The notes beneath the pieces were generated by a model, which saw nothing but the letters and a program-made list of their open reading frames with translations, was not told the DNA's origin and searched no databases. From assembly GCA_040954595.2 (NCBI GenBank), contig CM082592.2, positions 7,923,677 to 7,987,676 of the forward strand: a stretch of 64,000 nt of DNA, written 5' to 3'. Positions within the stretch are counted from its first letter, which is position 1; each line of letters opens with the position of its first letter. Positions 50,901-64,000 of this stretch are shown in pieces. Origin of the DNA: Balanoglossus misakiensis (lineage: Eukaryota > Animalia > Hemichordata). A program made the translations under genes and the position numbers.

Positions 50901-53900
50901 CTGCGGTATAACAGCGCCAAAACAACGTCTCGGCCGTTGCCAAGGTCGTCAGAATATGAATGCAATTTCGCAGTCAAGCGGAGCCCGCCCTGCGGCAACG
51001 AGAGTCTCGGAATAGGAAATAGTGACATTTTGGTGATGACGTAACTGAACGACACTGCGATGCGTCAATGCAGTGTATGTCAGAAATACAGTAGTTCGTT
51101 CGTCCGGAGTTTTTTTTGTCAAGATGTATACAGTCACATATTTGTAATGCAATGTTTTGAATGCGCCTAATGAGAGTGGTGTGTCACACTCCGATGAGAA
51201 ATCGGCTGGGAACACATATTTAGCCATAAAGCTTGGCGTCGCCCGATATGACTTAACGTCAAATTTGAAAAATGTGTTTGATATTGAAAGTGTAATACAT
51301 AATGGAGCACATAAAACGGACCAGAACGCGCTACTCATGTGGGGAAGTATTCGGGAGGGAATGGGAAATCCTCCTTTGCTTCATATGGCAGTCTCCCCCT
51401 CCCCATTCCCTTTCCCGATCTCAACCCCCAACCCCACCAATGGAGGGAACACATGGCACGCGTTGGTGAAGGGCGCGTCGCCAAGGTAATACATGTAAAG
51501 TTTGCACTTCGGTGGGACGGCAGGGGCTTTGGTGACGCCTTCCCACCTCTGCGAACAATGGTACAGGCCGGAGAATGGCGCAAGTTTGAGTCCCATGTGT
51601 GGTGTTTACACTCGCATCGACAGTAAATTGTCGATGTGCCCCGTCAATCACGACAGCTCGTCTCATTTAGAGTTTGCCACCAGGCACCGTGTCTCGTTAA
51701 ACCGATCCTTTTAGAAATCCAAGTCACAACTCGTCTTTCCCGCCCTCCCTACAGACGCACAGACAAACAAGACACGACAATCTTCACCAAACTGCAGTTT
51801 TCACCGGATTGTCCTCTTCCCAAATCTTGTCAGCGTGTACGTGTGTGCGTGTGTTCTTTTTTTGTGTTTGCTTCGCGGAGACGAAGATCGACAAACTTGG
51901 CAACGCGGCGTCACTTTCGCGGAGTCGCAGACGAGCGGTGTTGCAGGCGGCACGATCCTACTGCAACTAGCTAATGGCCGTACTCGTCATTCATTTGTGA
52001 ACAGAAGTGGCGGTATTTTAGTTTAAAACTGTCTTAGCAACCTGCAATTTGCCAATAATAAATCAATAGAGGGCGAACAAGGCCGCGCACTGTCATGTGC
52101 CTTTGGAACAAATTACTTCAGCTGTAATACTAATAGAAAACAAAGCATTGGAAAACTATTTTAGTTTATCGATAAAACATCATTTTAAAACAGTGTGTAT
52201 TTCGTGAAGTACGTTATCCAACAGAATCTTGTATGTGCAATATCGTAATAGGCCTACATATACAATATTTTTTTATATTCGCGATGTAATTCCGGGTGGT
52301 CTGATTTCAAATTTACATCATTGATAAACTATTTTAAATTTCCCCCCAATTATGTTGAGAGTTCGCGTCACGGTTGTTGGCGGCACGCGTGGTCGGGGGG
52401 GGGGGGCTGAAATCTGGACGTTTTACTTTTAACAAAGGGGGGGGGGGGCAGGCGACGGCATATTGGCACTGTGACTGTACGAACTGTCCAACAGTCCGTC
52501 TCTAACCACCCCCTCGACGTTGCACGCACGTGATACTAATTGAATCGAAAACCCGGATAAGTTGTAATTAATTTTTAAACTCGATGTAGAGAAAAGTGAT
52601 CCTCGGTCCATGTCTGCCCAGAGAAGTTCAGCCAAGCGTCGCTGACAGAGTGAAGGATAACACGAGAAACATTTCTACGCTCTGGCGAAAAGCCCGGATG
52701 CTCTTCACGACAATTGATTTGATTCGATTCGATTGAGTCAGTCTTGTTTTTTTTCCCTTTCGTCTTTGCGTCGTCTCTGTTTTTTGTTTCTGCCCCAGCT
52801 GTACGAAGCATCATCCCTTTTATTAAAAAATGCCACAGTGCGTATCCGTCTCGCCCCGCTTTGTCATTTTCTCGACAAGAAATCTGAAAAACAGGACTTT
52901 TGACGTCTTCTCCTATTCTCCCCCCCCCCCCCCACGAAAGATCACAGGCGCCCCAACTTGGGAATTCCTGTGAAACTGCTACCACGCCAAAACCATCGGG
53001 GTGGTTCTAATTGGCTCCGCTCGTTTCCAAACGCTCTCTGTCTATTTGTCGCCCCGTTGGCACGCGAGGGATATCGGTGACACGGAACTTCGCAGAGACG
53101 CTCCCGTGAAAATGAACACCGCTCCGCCGCGATCAATTTCTTCTCCGTCTAGTGCGGAAACGAGTGGGGTGGGTGGGCGCACGCCATCGCCGCAGCCTCT
53201 CACGACACGAGAGTAATCCAAAAAGGGGGGAAATTGATCAAAGTCGATTGGTCAGGCGACACAAAACGCAACAGCACAAACCGTATAAACAGAAAACTTC
53301 GCCATATGTCCATAATTTAATACAACATGACACTGTTCAGTGTAGATAAATAATATGAGAATATTGAGATGCGGGCATTTTTGAGTTGTGGAAACTCTCA
53401 AGGGACCCGGCTGCTCAGGCTAGATCCGACTCAGTGCGCCTTCCTATACTGTTGCTGCAAATGCAGCGCTCAGCTCAGCAAGGGAAAGCCAAGGCGCACA
53501 GCCAAAGTGCGCGTCGACTGCACAAACCAACTTGTCTTTTGTTAGCGGTAACGAGGCACGAACAGGCGTATCAAACACGCACCTCAAAGGTCTACCATCA
53601 CTACTTCTGATATTGTACCTTTCGCTTGTATCTCCATAGGAACACAAAGGTGCCGATGTCAAAGGTCACCGGCAGCTCGTGTGAGTGCCTCCGCTTGCCG
53701 TTGCCTGATTGCCGCCGACTCGGTTTTTTTTTTCTTGTTGGCTGTGTGTACCGCAAACAAGGGTACCACCACCAGAGAGCAACGTCTCCGAAGTCGAAAG
53801 TGCCCGACTCAGCGGGAGAGCCCAGAAAATTGTCCGCGACGTGAAATGCCGGAGTTCGGTTTGAAAAAAAAACCTATACCAGATGAATAAATCTGGCCAA

Positions 53901-54509
53901 AGGGCGAACACTTATTTGTGGCGGGCTCTGCATCACTTACAGGACACAATCAGTCACAGCCATGCAAATTGCATTTCTATCTGGGCACAACAAAGCGATT
54001 TCTCAATCCAGTTTACATTTTGCGCCGTTTTAATTTTTAATGCGTGATTTTCCTCCGTGTACGAAAAGTTGTTGATTGATTATGCCAGTGTTAAGGTTAC
54101 TGTGATGTACATGTACAAAAAAAGCAACCCCCTCCCCAAGCTCAATCAAAGTACAAAAAAATAAAGAAAATTTTCACTACCCGATTGCAAATGGTGCTGT
54201 GGATTTTTATTCAGGGGCATTACGGGGGCGCTTTGCGTCAACGTCAAAATGTCGCTTGGCGTTATGTATCATATTTTCAAAGATGTAAATAATACTAGAC
54301 AACAAGCTATAGAGCAACCTGGCTTATCCGCTAAAGGGCTCAAGACGCCATCTTTGACCAGATTTTACCTATTGTTCGCTCCACACGAGAAGGCAATCGT
54401 CTTGATTTGCCCCTCTACATAGATTACGGTGACAGTGGAGAGGGACTTCGCCAATTATTTATAAGTTCAGGTTTTCTCACGTGCTTTTGCAATTCCCGGG
54501 AAGGAGCAC

Positions 54510-54566
54510 ATAGATAGATAGATATATCATTAGATAGATGGATGGACCATTAGATAGATAGATCAT

Positions 54567-54604
<38 letters not shown>

Positions 54605-54611
54605 GGCAGAC
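54510..54611. repeat. Compound (GATA)n/(GACA)n microsatellite
   Basis: Tandem TAGA and CAGA units with a repeated CATTAGATAGAT. Confidence 0.92.
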
Positions 54612-56811
54612 ATTGCGCAATACTTTTACTATCAGAACGAAAGTTCCCACAAAACCTTAGAAGGAGAGAGGAAAAAAGTTTAAAAATAAATGAGAATTTG
54701 TCAATTTGAAACATAATACGCCAGGGTTTTAGGCTGATTACGACGAAGTTCCTTAATTATAGCTGACAGTAGTGATACACGACGCGCGCGTTTCTCCCCG
54801 CGATTACTAAGAGGATTGAGAAAGCCCTCCAAGTAAAGGACATCATCAACAATTTATTAAACATCGCGTGGGTAACGTGAGAATGCGGTAAAAATACAGA
54901 TTAACTTCCAACTGATCTGCGCAATGTGAGTTTAATAGCCCTTCGTCTCCAGCCAACCAAGAGTTATAGATTTTTTTGGTGATGTATGGAGAATATGAAC
55001 ATCTATCTAGATTTGCTATGGAATGCGGACTCGCAGTTTAATAATCTGAGGCAGGAATCTGCATTACTTTGAATGAATGGACAATTCAGACGGCGGGGTT
55101 TGGAACTCAGAAGTTCCGATACGACAGTGGAAAATAGGGGAACGTGTGTGTATGTGTGACTCGGACGGTGTTTGCGTTGTCAGGTGACTGAGACCGCGTT
55201 GGGATGAATTCGTCGACTTGAAAAAACACAATTTATGGCTGCGCTGTTTCCATGGCAACGCAATGTTTCACTTATGGTTTTTAAATCGACACCTTTTTGC
55301 AAATTGATTCCTCTACGCCGTACAACATGACTGAATTTTCATTTATTGTCAGCGTACAGTAATTTCATTGGAAACTAAAAAAACTGCCGTGACGTCAGTT
55401 TCGGTAATGGGCGCCGTATTTTCTCAAATTAAGTTTGATGGCCCAAGCACAATGACTTGGTTTCACGTTGATGCTGGCATATTAAGCTTTCTAGATAACA
55501 TTTTCTTAATTAATTGACCGTATTCTCTTTCTGCCGGTTTTCGTTTTCGAAATGTCGCGTTGGTAAGTGACTGGTTTCCCTGTGCATCATTTGTCAACAA
55601 TGGCGAAAATATTTTTTTTCTCCGCACGGCGCACGCCACAGAATAAGTTGAACTACAACTCTACATTTCATATGTTAAGCAAAAACTAAATACGTCATTC
55701 GGCTCTGTATCGATGCAGTTTGCAATTAGCTCGGCGTTTGTCGTTCTCCATGTCATAAATGTTTTCTATTTTTCTTGGATGTGTACCCGTAACCAAAGCC
55801 AATTTTATTAAAATCGAAGAGTTATTCGATCAAACCTGTCATAAAACTAAAACGACGAAGCCACAGTCACTGCGTCCATCATGGAGACAAAATGATAATT
55901 TAATAAAATCTGTTTAATTTACCCTGATGACGACCACATGTTCAATTTTTGGTGATTTTCCACCCGCTCCGTGGCTTGATGTCACGTGACGCTGGTCGGC
56001 CAAAAATAAAGAAAGCACGATCCACCCACATCACGTGCCGCAATTTGTAAAACTGGAGAAAAAAATTCGCTGCGGTTGCTTTTGTTTCCATGGATCTTAT
56101 TTATTTATATTAATCGTGCCCATGTGGCATATCAGCCTTGTTTGTGTTTGTGAGTTCGGTCCTCCTGGGATTTGTGTTATACCGAAAATAAAATCACACT
56201 TTCTTTGACCGTGACGTGATATTATATCCAACGAGTCGTTTCCCCCCTCCCCTCTTCAACAAAAAACAGAGCAACTTGTACCGGCGAAAACTACCAATTT
56301 GGTGCCTCCGCCCAGACAGATGGCACGAGTTTTGAAATAAATGGTTTTTGATTCCGTTCAGTGTTTTAGCTCGCAGGTTTCGCAAGAGTCCGTCTCTTCG
56401 GGCAACGGATTTCTTTTATTGTTCGTGCGGAGACAACAAATCGTTCTTCATTAATGACAAGTTTCGTCACAACGGTGAGCACAAAGAAGACCCGTGCTTT
56501 AGTGTCAAAGATAACAGTGTAGTATGTTTTAGACAATCATAAGACATGATCTATCTCCGTCCGCTTGGACCCGTCATTATACCGCCATTAAAATGTTCAT
56601 CCCGACGGAAAGGGGAACTGAGTGAATCGTAGAAGTCGGTGAGAAAGGTGATTTTTTTAGATGGGCGGTTTCCTTTTTTCACAGTACTGTTCGAATCTCC
56701 AGAGCCAGGTGGTCGGTTTCCCCGGGTCAATTTGAGAACATCCGATAAATAAAACGCATGAAATCGCTGGTGTCTCCGTGAAGGAAACAATTACTGCTAT
56801 TTGAAACTGCT

Positions 56812-56878
<67 letters not shown>

Positions 56879-56938
56879 GTCTGTCTATCTGTCTATCTGT
56901 CTGTCTCTCTCTCTGTCTCTCTCTCTGTCTCTCTCTCT
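56812..56938. repeat. Compound (TATC)n/(TGTC)n/(CT)n microsatellite
   Basis: Direct tandem units. Confidence 0.96.
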
Positions 56939-59900
56939 GAGTTTGCGCGTACATGTGCGAGCAATGGATCGTAAAACTCCGACAATCTTTCTTCCAAACG
57001 TATTAGGGGAGCGCAACGTATGTTTCGTTCCCATGGTCCCTTTGATAACGGACGTGATTTGGGGTTATAACACAAAATGTAATATTTGTGACGGAGTGAT
57101 GGCTTTTTTAATAGTATGCCATCAAATCTGCCCATGTGTGCTGGCCCCAGTTGTGTCCATTTTCTCACATCTGCCGCGTCTGACAGGGGACTTTGCTTGG
57201 CGACCCTGTGCGTTCGTTTTAATCAGCTTTCGCGTTTCCACAGCACAACACAACGCAGCAAAGCACAACAAAACACAACACAAGCAAAACCCAAACTCTG
57301 CATGGCCAATCCCGTCCGGAGGCAAAACTTTCCAACTTGAACGGGGAAAACAATGGAGTCACACACCAACTTCTTTAGACAATACTTTGTAGAGAGACAG
57401 GTCCCAGGTTAAATTGGCGCCTGGGTTTAATTTGATCGCAGCCAGCGTTCTCACTCGTCAGAGCGGTTACCGGATTGCGAAAATCCGCACAAACAAACGT
57501 CACACGCCCGGCAAGAGACGACGAGATAAAATTTGTCTCCTTCGACTGATTTGACGTGGGTGTGCCTTAACGTGTGCCCGCTGCAGAAGATGATGGGACG
57601 CCAATCGGAAAATAAAAAGGAATTGGGCATTTGCCCTGGCAAGTGAACCTTTTCCCTGACTGCGGGAATGCATCCCCATGAGAACCGTTTGGAAATTGAC
57701 GCCCGTGCCTCTACACATAAAATATGTATTTTCTTTTCACTGGCGAGGATGCAACGATTGCTCCGATTGGTTGATCCCGCTCGTCTTTTTAAGTTCAAAA
57801 CTTCCAGACAAACAAAAAACGTGGATGAGAAACCCATCGAGTCCACAATGGTCGTGCCATTTTCGCCGTCGCGAAGTTGGCGCGCATTTGAAGAGTTCAG
57901 AAAAAAACACAACTGTGGAAAGCCCCCAGTTTTGTAGCTTAATGCCAGAGTAGTGACCCCGGACACGGGTGCCGCATCTCCTGGCTTGGTCCCTGACCGA
58001 AATGCATCATCATATTGACAAGAAGCTTACAAAGATAAACGACTGTCTTCAGCGGACTTCGTGTCGATTTCATGCACGACTGGCGCGTTTCTTACCCAGA
58101 GATCAACAGCGTAATCCCGCGATTAGAGTCAGAGAATTTAAACTTAATCACGCCCCAACCCGGGATTAAATTATCATCTAAAGAGAGAGGAGGGCATCTC
58201 CTGAACACAGATCCCAAACCCTGTCTTCGGCTCCCACATCTCGGCGCTCGAGAAAGAGAGAAAAAACTAGCGAACCGTAGAGCTCTATAAAAATAAATCT
58301 TGCGCCATAAAATATCTACCAATCGATTCGAGAGTACAGGACTCAAGCTCGTTTCAGCCGAATCCCAGGTTGAAAATTCCCCAGACAGAAAACTCACGTG
58401 TCTTTTTCCACCCGCGTTTATTCTCTCAGTTGCACATTGTTGCACGTTGCTCGCCTAGACAGTTTACTGTGGGAGATCGGTTAACCATATGATTTACTTA
58501 ACTTCCATTATATTCCACCGATGTTTTCGTTAAAATATTATTTCGAAATTTCCGAGCATGCCTTCGTAAACACATCCCTCGCGTCAGGTTGGTTTAATTG
58601 AAACATAAATATTGTCACTGCAATCGCTACGTGCGTTTTATACCCAGAAATCTCTCAAAAGAAATCATCGCCGATTATTAGAGTTGGGGTTTCGCGTGTT
58701 TTAGACACACCTGGCGCAATGTGAATGTTTATTCTGAAACTACCACCCTCCGTTTTGGTTATATTAGGTTAGATTTAATTGCCTGTGTGGTGACTCTGTA
58801 AAAGCAAAGAGTGGTGACCATACGGTGGTGGTAGGGTACCGCAGCGACGCATGCTGCTCCAAATCAAGCAACGATTTGGAATGTGCGGTGATGCAGTTTC
58901 ATTCAAAAATGTGCCACCTGTAAATTGAGGTCCGACCAATATTTAAAACTTACTGATTAATTACAAAAGCAAGTGTTCAATAGTCTGCATACCTTTGGTG
59001 TTACATTGTCTCGGGGAGACAATGAAAGCATCCAGTTTTGTCGCGCCGATGTCTGATCGCAGACAACTACACTGAACTTTGATGTCTGCAAAAATCGGGT
59101 GTTTTCTTTGTGTTTATAAAAATTCACAATATTCTGTGCTAAGCTTCTGCCCGATCTAGTCATCTTAGCCTGTTGCGACCGCTGCCACCTTTACTTGCAA
59201 AATTCGAAGCGATCGATACAACTTTGACGTGTCTCTTCCCCTGCAGTGCGCACAGTACTGCAAAATGGGCGGGATTCAAAATGGAGCAAACAATGAAATA
59301 AAAAAAATACTGTATTTTGTTTACAGAACAGCCGAGAGCTGCACATGTTCTCTGTCTAATAGGCTGTTACTAATGATGAGTGCAAGACCCGGCTTAATAG
59401 ATTTCGGAAAAACACGGAAAGTCACGTCACCGAGAAACTGGGGAAATCGGCGACGGTGTCTGCCGACTCGTCATTAACTCGTCAAAATGTGGAGCAAGAT
59501 TTTAATATTTTCACCCATTAATCTCTGTTTTTTCCCCTTAATTGTAGACCAAGTGGACACAATTTTCCAATGTCTGTAGATCTTGACCAAAATTTGAGCA
59601 AAAATGAGTAAAAAGTTATGAGGGTTAATTTTTTTAACAAAGATGACGACGACAAGGTGACTATGGGTTGAAACTGAGGGTTAAGACACGCAGAGAATTC
59701 ACGGAAGATCACGTGCCCTGTCGAAGTGGAACTTGTTAGAAACGACACCGATTTTCTTGTTCGTTGGAGCGACCAGGGGGCGAGACACTGATTCGCGGCT
59801 AACAGGTGTGTTTGCATTGATAGGAAACCGTTGCAGCGATGGGGCGGACTCCTTGAAAAGGCACCGTGTCACTTTTCATTATGGCCTCCACGAGATGAAA

Positions 59901-62900
59901 ACGATATTCCTAAAAATCTCCGCCGTTTTTAGGCAGAACTTATCCTTGCAGATGATCAAAGAGAAACATCTATTTGTAGTTCGCTAATTGTACTTCGTCT
60001 GCAACTTTCAAAACTTCTGATCCACTCATTTGACCCCACTGGCATCCCCGACGTGACCCCGTGACCTCTCTCAATCTACCAGGTTGACTTGTGAACTCGG
60101 AGCAGATCTCGTTTCTCCCGCGCTTGCCGCTGACGCGCTTTGGTCGTCGTCACTTCATTTTGAAACGAGGTCAAAAACGAACGGCGCATCCGACATTCCG
60201 GATCTGATATTTTATCATCGCCCCTTTGAAAAATGTGAAGTTTCGGCTGGCGAGTCGATCCGCCCTTCTCCTATACATGTTTTGTCCATGACGAAGCCCT
60301 TGAAAAGTACAGCAGGGATTTGCCATAGTTGACAGGACTAAACTGAAATGAAAGCCGGGATTAGGAGCTGTCTTCACGGAGGACTAAGCAAATGGGTGTC
60401 AGATCTTTTTTGAAAAATGACACACATAAAAATGCCGCTCATATTGATGTATCCAACCCCTCTTGAAACTAGAGTGAAATGTTAATGGCTTAGTTGGACA
60501 ATCGTAATACCAGGGGTATAATTATATCCGACCATTTTTATACTCAAATACACTGTGATTAAATGGTCAAAAGAAGTGAATTATTCAAATTTGAGTCAAA
60601 AACAGTTGCGTGGCTCTATTCTCGCAGTCGAAATTGCGAGAGACGTTTTTAGCGGACCAATTCTTTTCCCCGCGAAGTCTGTAGTCTGTCTGTTTTTATA
60701 GTCCGTGGACGAGGCTGACTTCGTAGCCCGGTCCTTTTCTGGTGGTTTAGGGTGTGAGCGGAGACTAACTGGACCATTTCGTCTGAAAAGTCAGCGCTTG
60801 TCACGGTATAAAGATAGAGAAAAATTGAATAGGAGCGCAATTGATGGTTTGCCGTGCCGCTTAGCAGTTATTCTCCCCCCGGGGAAGCAACTTACACCGT
60901 TCGACGGTACAGCTCTGTGTTACTTAGGCTAAGCCTAAGAGCTTTTTTTGCTTTAGATGTGATTTTTGGCAATTTTTAAACGAAAATTGCCAGGCTTTTG
61001 GCGCCAGCGAGCTTCTCTATAATTTATAATAATTTCTAGCGATGGGATACAGCGTGCGTCACGGCCTTGGGCATTTTCAGGCAAGAGCTATGTGTATTAT
61101 GGTTTCGGTTATACCCCGAAGTTAGCTGCATTGTGCTCAATAGCATTGTGCTGAAACTAGCAGCTTCTTTGAAAGAAAAAGAGAAGAACGGGCAGATAGA
61201 GGCCGCAGAAGTTCCACTAGCAAAATTGTCCCACTGTTATCTCAATTTTCTTAATAAATTTGGTAAGGCAAACTAATTGGTCGAATTGAATTTGCGGGAA
61301 AGAGCGCCCCAATTAGACGCAATGGCCAAGCCACCGCTATATACTCCTCTCTCTCTCTCTCTGCGCCGGAGTGAAATTTTCCACCAACTTACGAGTAGAT
61401 GGCGTTTCTATTTCACAAAATGGTTTTAAATTAACCCCACAATGAGTTCAGTCGGGACTTGTTATTATCTTGCAGCCTATCTTCGCTGACAATTTTCTCC
61501 GGAGCGCAGCTACCACGCTAGAAATGAGATTTTGTAGCAGACAGAGAATTACTGGAGGGAAGACCTAGGGTAGCAACAAACCACCAGACTGGCGCCAAAG
61601 CATCCGTTTCACCGACGACTGCACAAAGCAGTGCGCGGATTTGGATGTGTCGTTTGCGGGCAAAAATTTAGGTAAATGAAGGTGTGTGTTCAGAGAAAGG
61701 GGAAGATTGAAACAGCAGACTATACCGTGAAAGCAACTTGAAAATAAACGTTAATTGGACCGCAGTAAGAAAACAGCAAGACTGCCGAAAACAGGGGGGT
61801 TCCAAACGCGCGCTTTAACGGTCCGTTCCCGCCAGAAAGCCGCGCCAAAACCATTCTGGCTCATCCACAGCGTCACCCCTTTTGTGAGAATGTAACAGTA
61901 TGAGAGGAAAATTTAGGGATTACGGAGATCACTTCAAACTTTGGGTTCAAGTGCTTCGCCAATTTTCCGCTGCAGTTTATGACAGGAACACATCTGCAAT
62001 TGTGCGTCGCGGAGAGAGCTCTTACATCGAATTACAGATAATGGGGGCGGTGTCGGGTCCCTGTCGGTTAATTTGACTTTTTTTTTCGACTTCAAAAAAA
62101 AATAATACACGCCGTGTTTGATACGACAGTCTTAAAGCTAGAAATCCTCATCTGTCGTTCCTTTTCCCCGTGTAAGACGTATTTCCTATTCTTCTTGAGT
62201 ATCGAATTAAAAAGCGAAGATCTGAAGGAATCACTTCACTTGATGATAAACTCGCTATCGTGATTTCAGCCTGACCGAGCCCCCTCCTTATCAATCATTA
62301 TCATTCTGTTGTGATAACGTACTTCTTTTGTCTAATGATGACTGCTACAATCTAACTTTGATTATTTCCACATTACAACTGCATCGAATATCGCTTTTGT
62401 TCAAATCTCTAGTTTCTCTTAGTGGCCGGCATTCGTTTATTTTTCTCTGTGAAAGACACGTTAGAAAGGCAAATCATATGCGTGATTGGTTATTCAGATA
62501 GAAGGCTGAAAGACTATATTATTTTTTTATATTTATTAAGCAAACCTTTGGAAACAAATACATATAAGATGGCGGTGGTCGGTTTTGGATTCTAACGAAA
62601 ATATGGTTCTGTGAATAGATAATTATGAGCGGAGATAAAAACATGTCAAAAGCAATGAAAATAACATATCAAACCAATCGACGCGTTTTATCATGTATAT
62701 CGAGTTATCGGAACATCTGTTAAGTACGAAATGGAAAGTCGCGAAGTGGTGTGCGGTTGGCTGAGTGGGAATCATGGGAAATTGCGCACCCTTGTCGAAA
62801 AACACAGCCGTACTCTGTTCGAACTCTCTGCCGTGCACGTGGTGATGTGACCAGATTTCGCGGACCATGAACCGTTGGTTCACTGAGCACCATGCGAACC

Positions 62901-64000
62901 AGTACTCTTCTCCTCATCCAAGCGCCAACCCATGAGACTCAAATAAAAATCGCCATTAATATTTTTGTATTTCTTAATTAAAAAATTCTCCTGTTCGAAT
63001 TTTTGTTGGGGGATTTTCTACACGGGTTGAATTCGAAAGATCACAATTGTTTGCACCGTCAGTGGACAACTTATCACCGTCTTCTTCATACCTCATTTTT
63101 TTTTGCAGTTCTTTTCATTGTATTTTTTCTCTCGTCTAGTTAAATGTTACTATTTGGCAGGTAATTGTGGCCTGCATTAGGCGCCATTCTGCGAGTGTAA
63201 TTTCCGAATGACTAGCTAGGCCTGACAAACCGAACCAACCAACCGCTAAAAAGACGCCCCGCCCTCCCAATCCCGCAGAACCTCCGTCTCATGTCCACAT
63301 TTCAATCAAGCTAGCTGCGGGCATTCGAAGGCAACGGGAGTGCCGGGCCCGGCGATGGTTGAAAAGTACGCGCCTAAATGCTGCCACATTTTCGCAAAAG
63401 ACACGCTTTCTCCCCAGACAAAAAAGGAGAACAAATCGAATCAAAGCGAGATCTCTTTACCGATGGGGCACAAATTTTGTCTCCTTTCAACGTGTTCCTC
63501 GACAAAATTGACGAACTTGACCACAGGCCTCCAGCACTATCCAGGACCCACTGGCAGAATGACGTATACACTCAAGCAAATTATTGTTCTCCTGGTTTCG
63601 AATAAAAATGAGCGATCACATATGACATCTATATCACAGAGTGTCGCAGTATCCGTGCGATGAGAATATTATAATAATAATAATCATTGTTATTAGTTGT
63701 TGTTGTTGTTGTTGTGTGGGAGGGGAAACAATTGGCTGCACTTTCAGTATCGTTCATCACTGCACTTTATTTTTGTTTTGTTTATTTGTTTTTCAGCTGA
63801 AAAAGCACACCAAAAACTGCACTATTCTGCTAGCCAATGCAGTCTGTGTTTATCGAACGCCACGTAGTTGTGTTCGGTTGTGTTTCGCGCAGAGTCAATA
63901 CAATTTCTAAAACTGACAATTCAATGTGACTGAAACTTTGGTCAGTAGCAAATGAAATATTCTTACGTGTAAATTCCTATGAGTTTAGACTCGTCATAAA

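Noticed and set aside
55915-55965. CTGATGA hammerhead-like core
   Set aside because: No stem II closed by GAAA and no compatible stems.

Overview
Eukaryotic, intron-rich genomic DNA, most likely from an invertebrate deuterostome (inferred from gene content and intron structure; the species cannot be named). The first ~33 kb is a compact cluster of seven conserved genes whose spliced reading frames I could reconstruct by hand: the 3' end of MAPK7/ERK5 (+), beta-glucuronidase GUSB (-), pescadillo PES1 (+, head-to-head with GUSB), phosphatidylserine decarboxylase PISD (-), a divergent DDT/MIF-like gene (-), class I fructose-bisphosphate aldolase (+) and a canonical MIF (-). The remaining ~31 kb has no recognisable coding exon, is visibly CpG-rich and contains microsatellites; it looks like a regulatory desert or a large first intron. 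I found no CRISPR array, rRNA, intact tRNA or autonomous transposon. The best hidden element is an in-frame alternative N-terminal exon inside PISD intron 3, with its own CpG-rich internal promoter, recalling the human lipid-droplet PISD isoform. Also notable are two MIF-family paralogues bracketing aldolase and CTCF-like motifs at the promoters and at the cluster/desert boundary.
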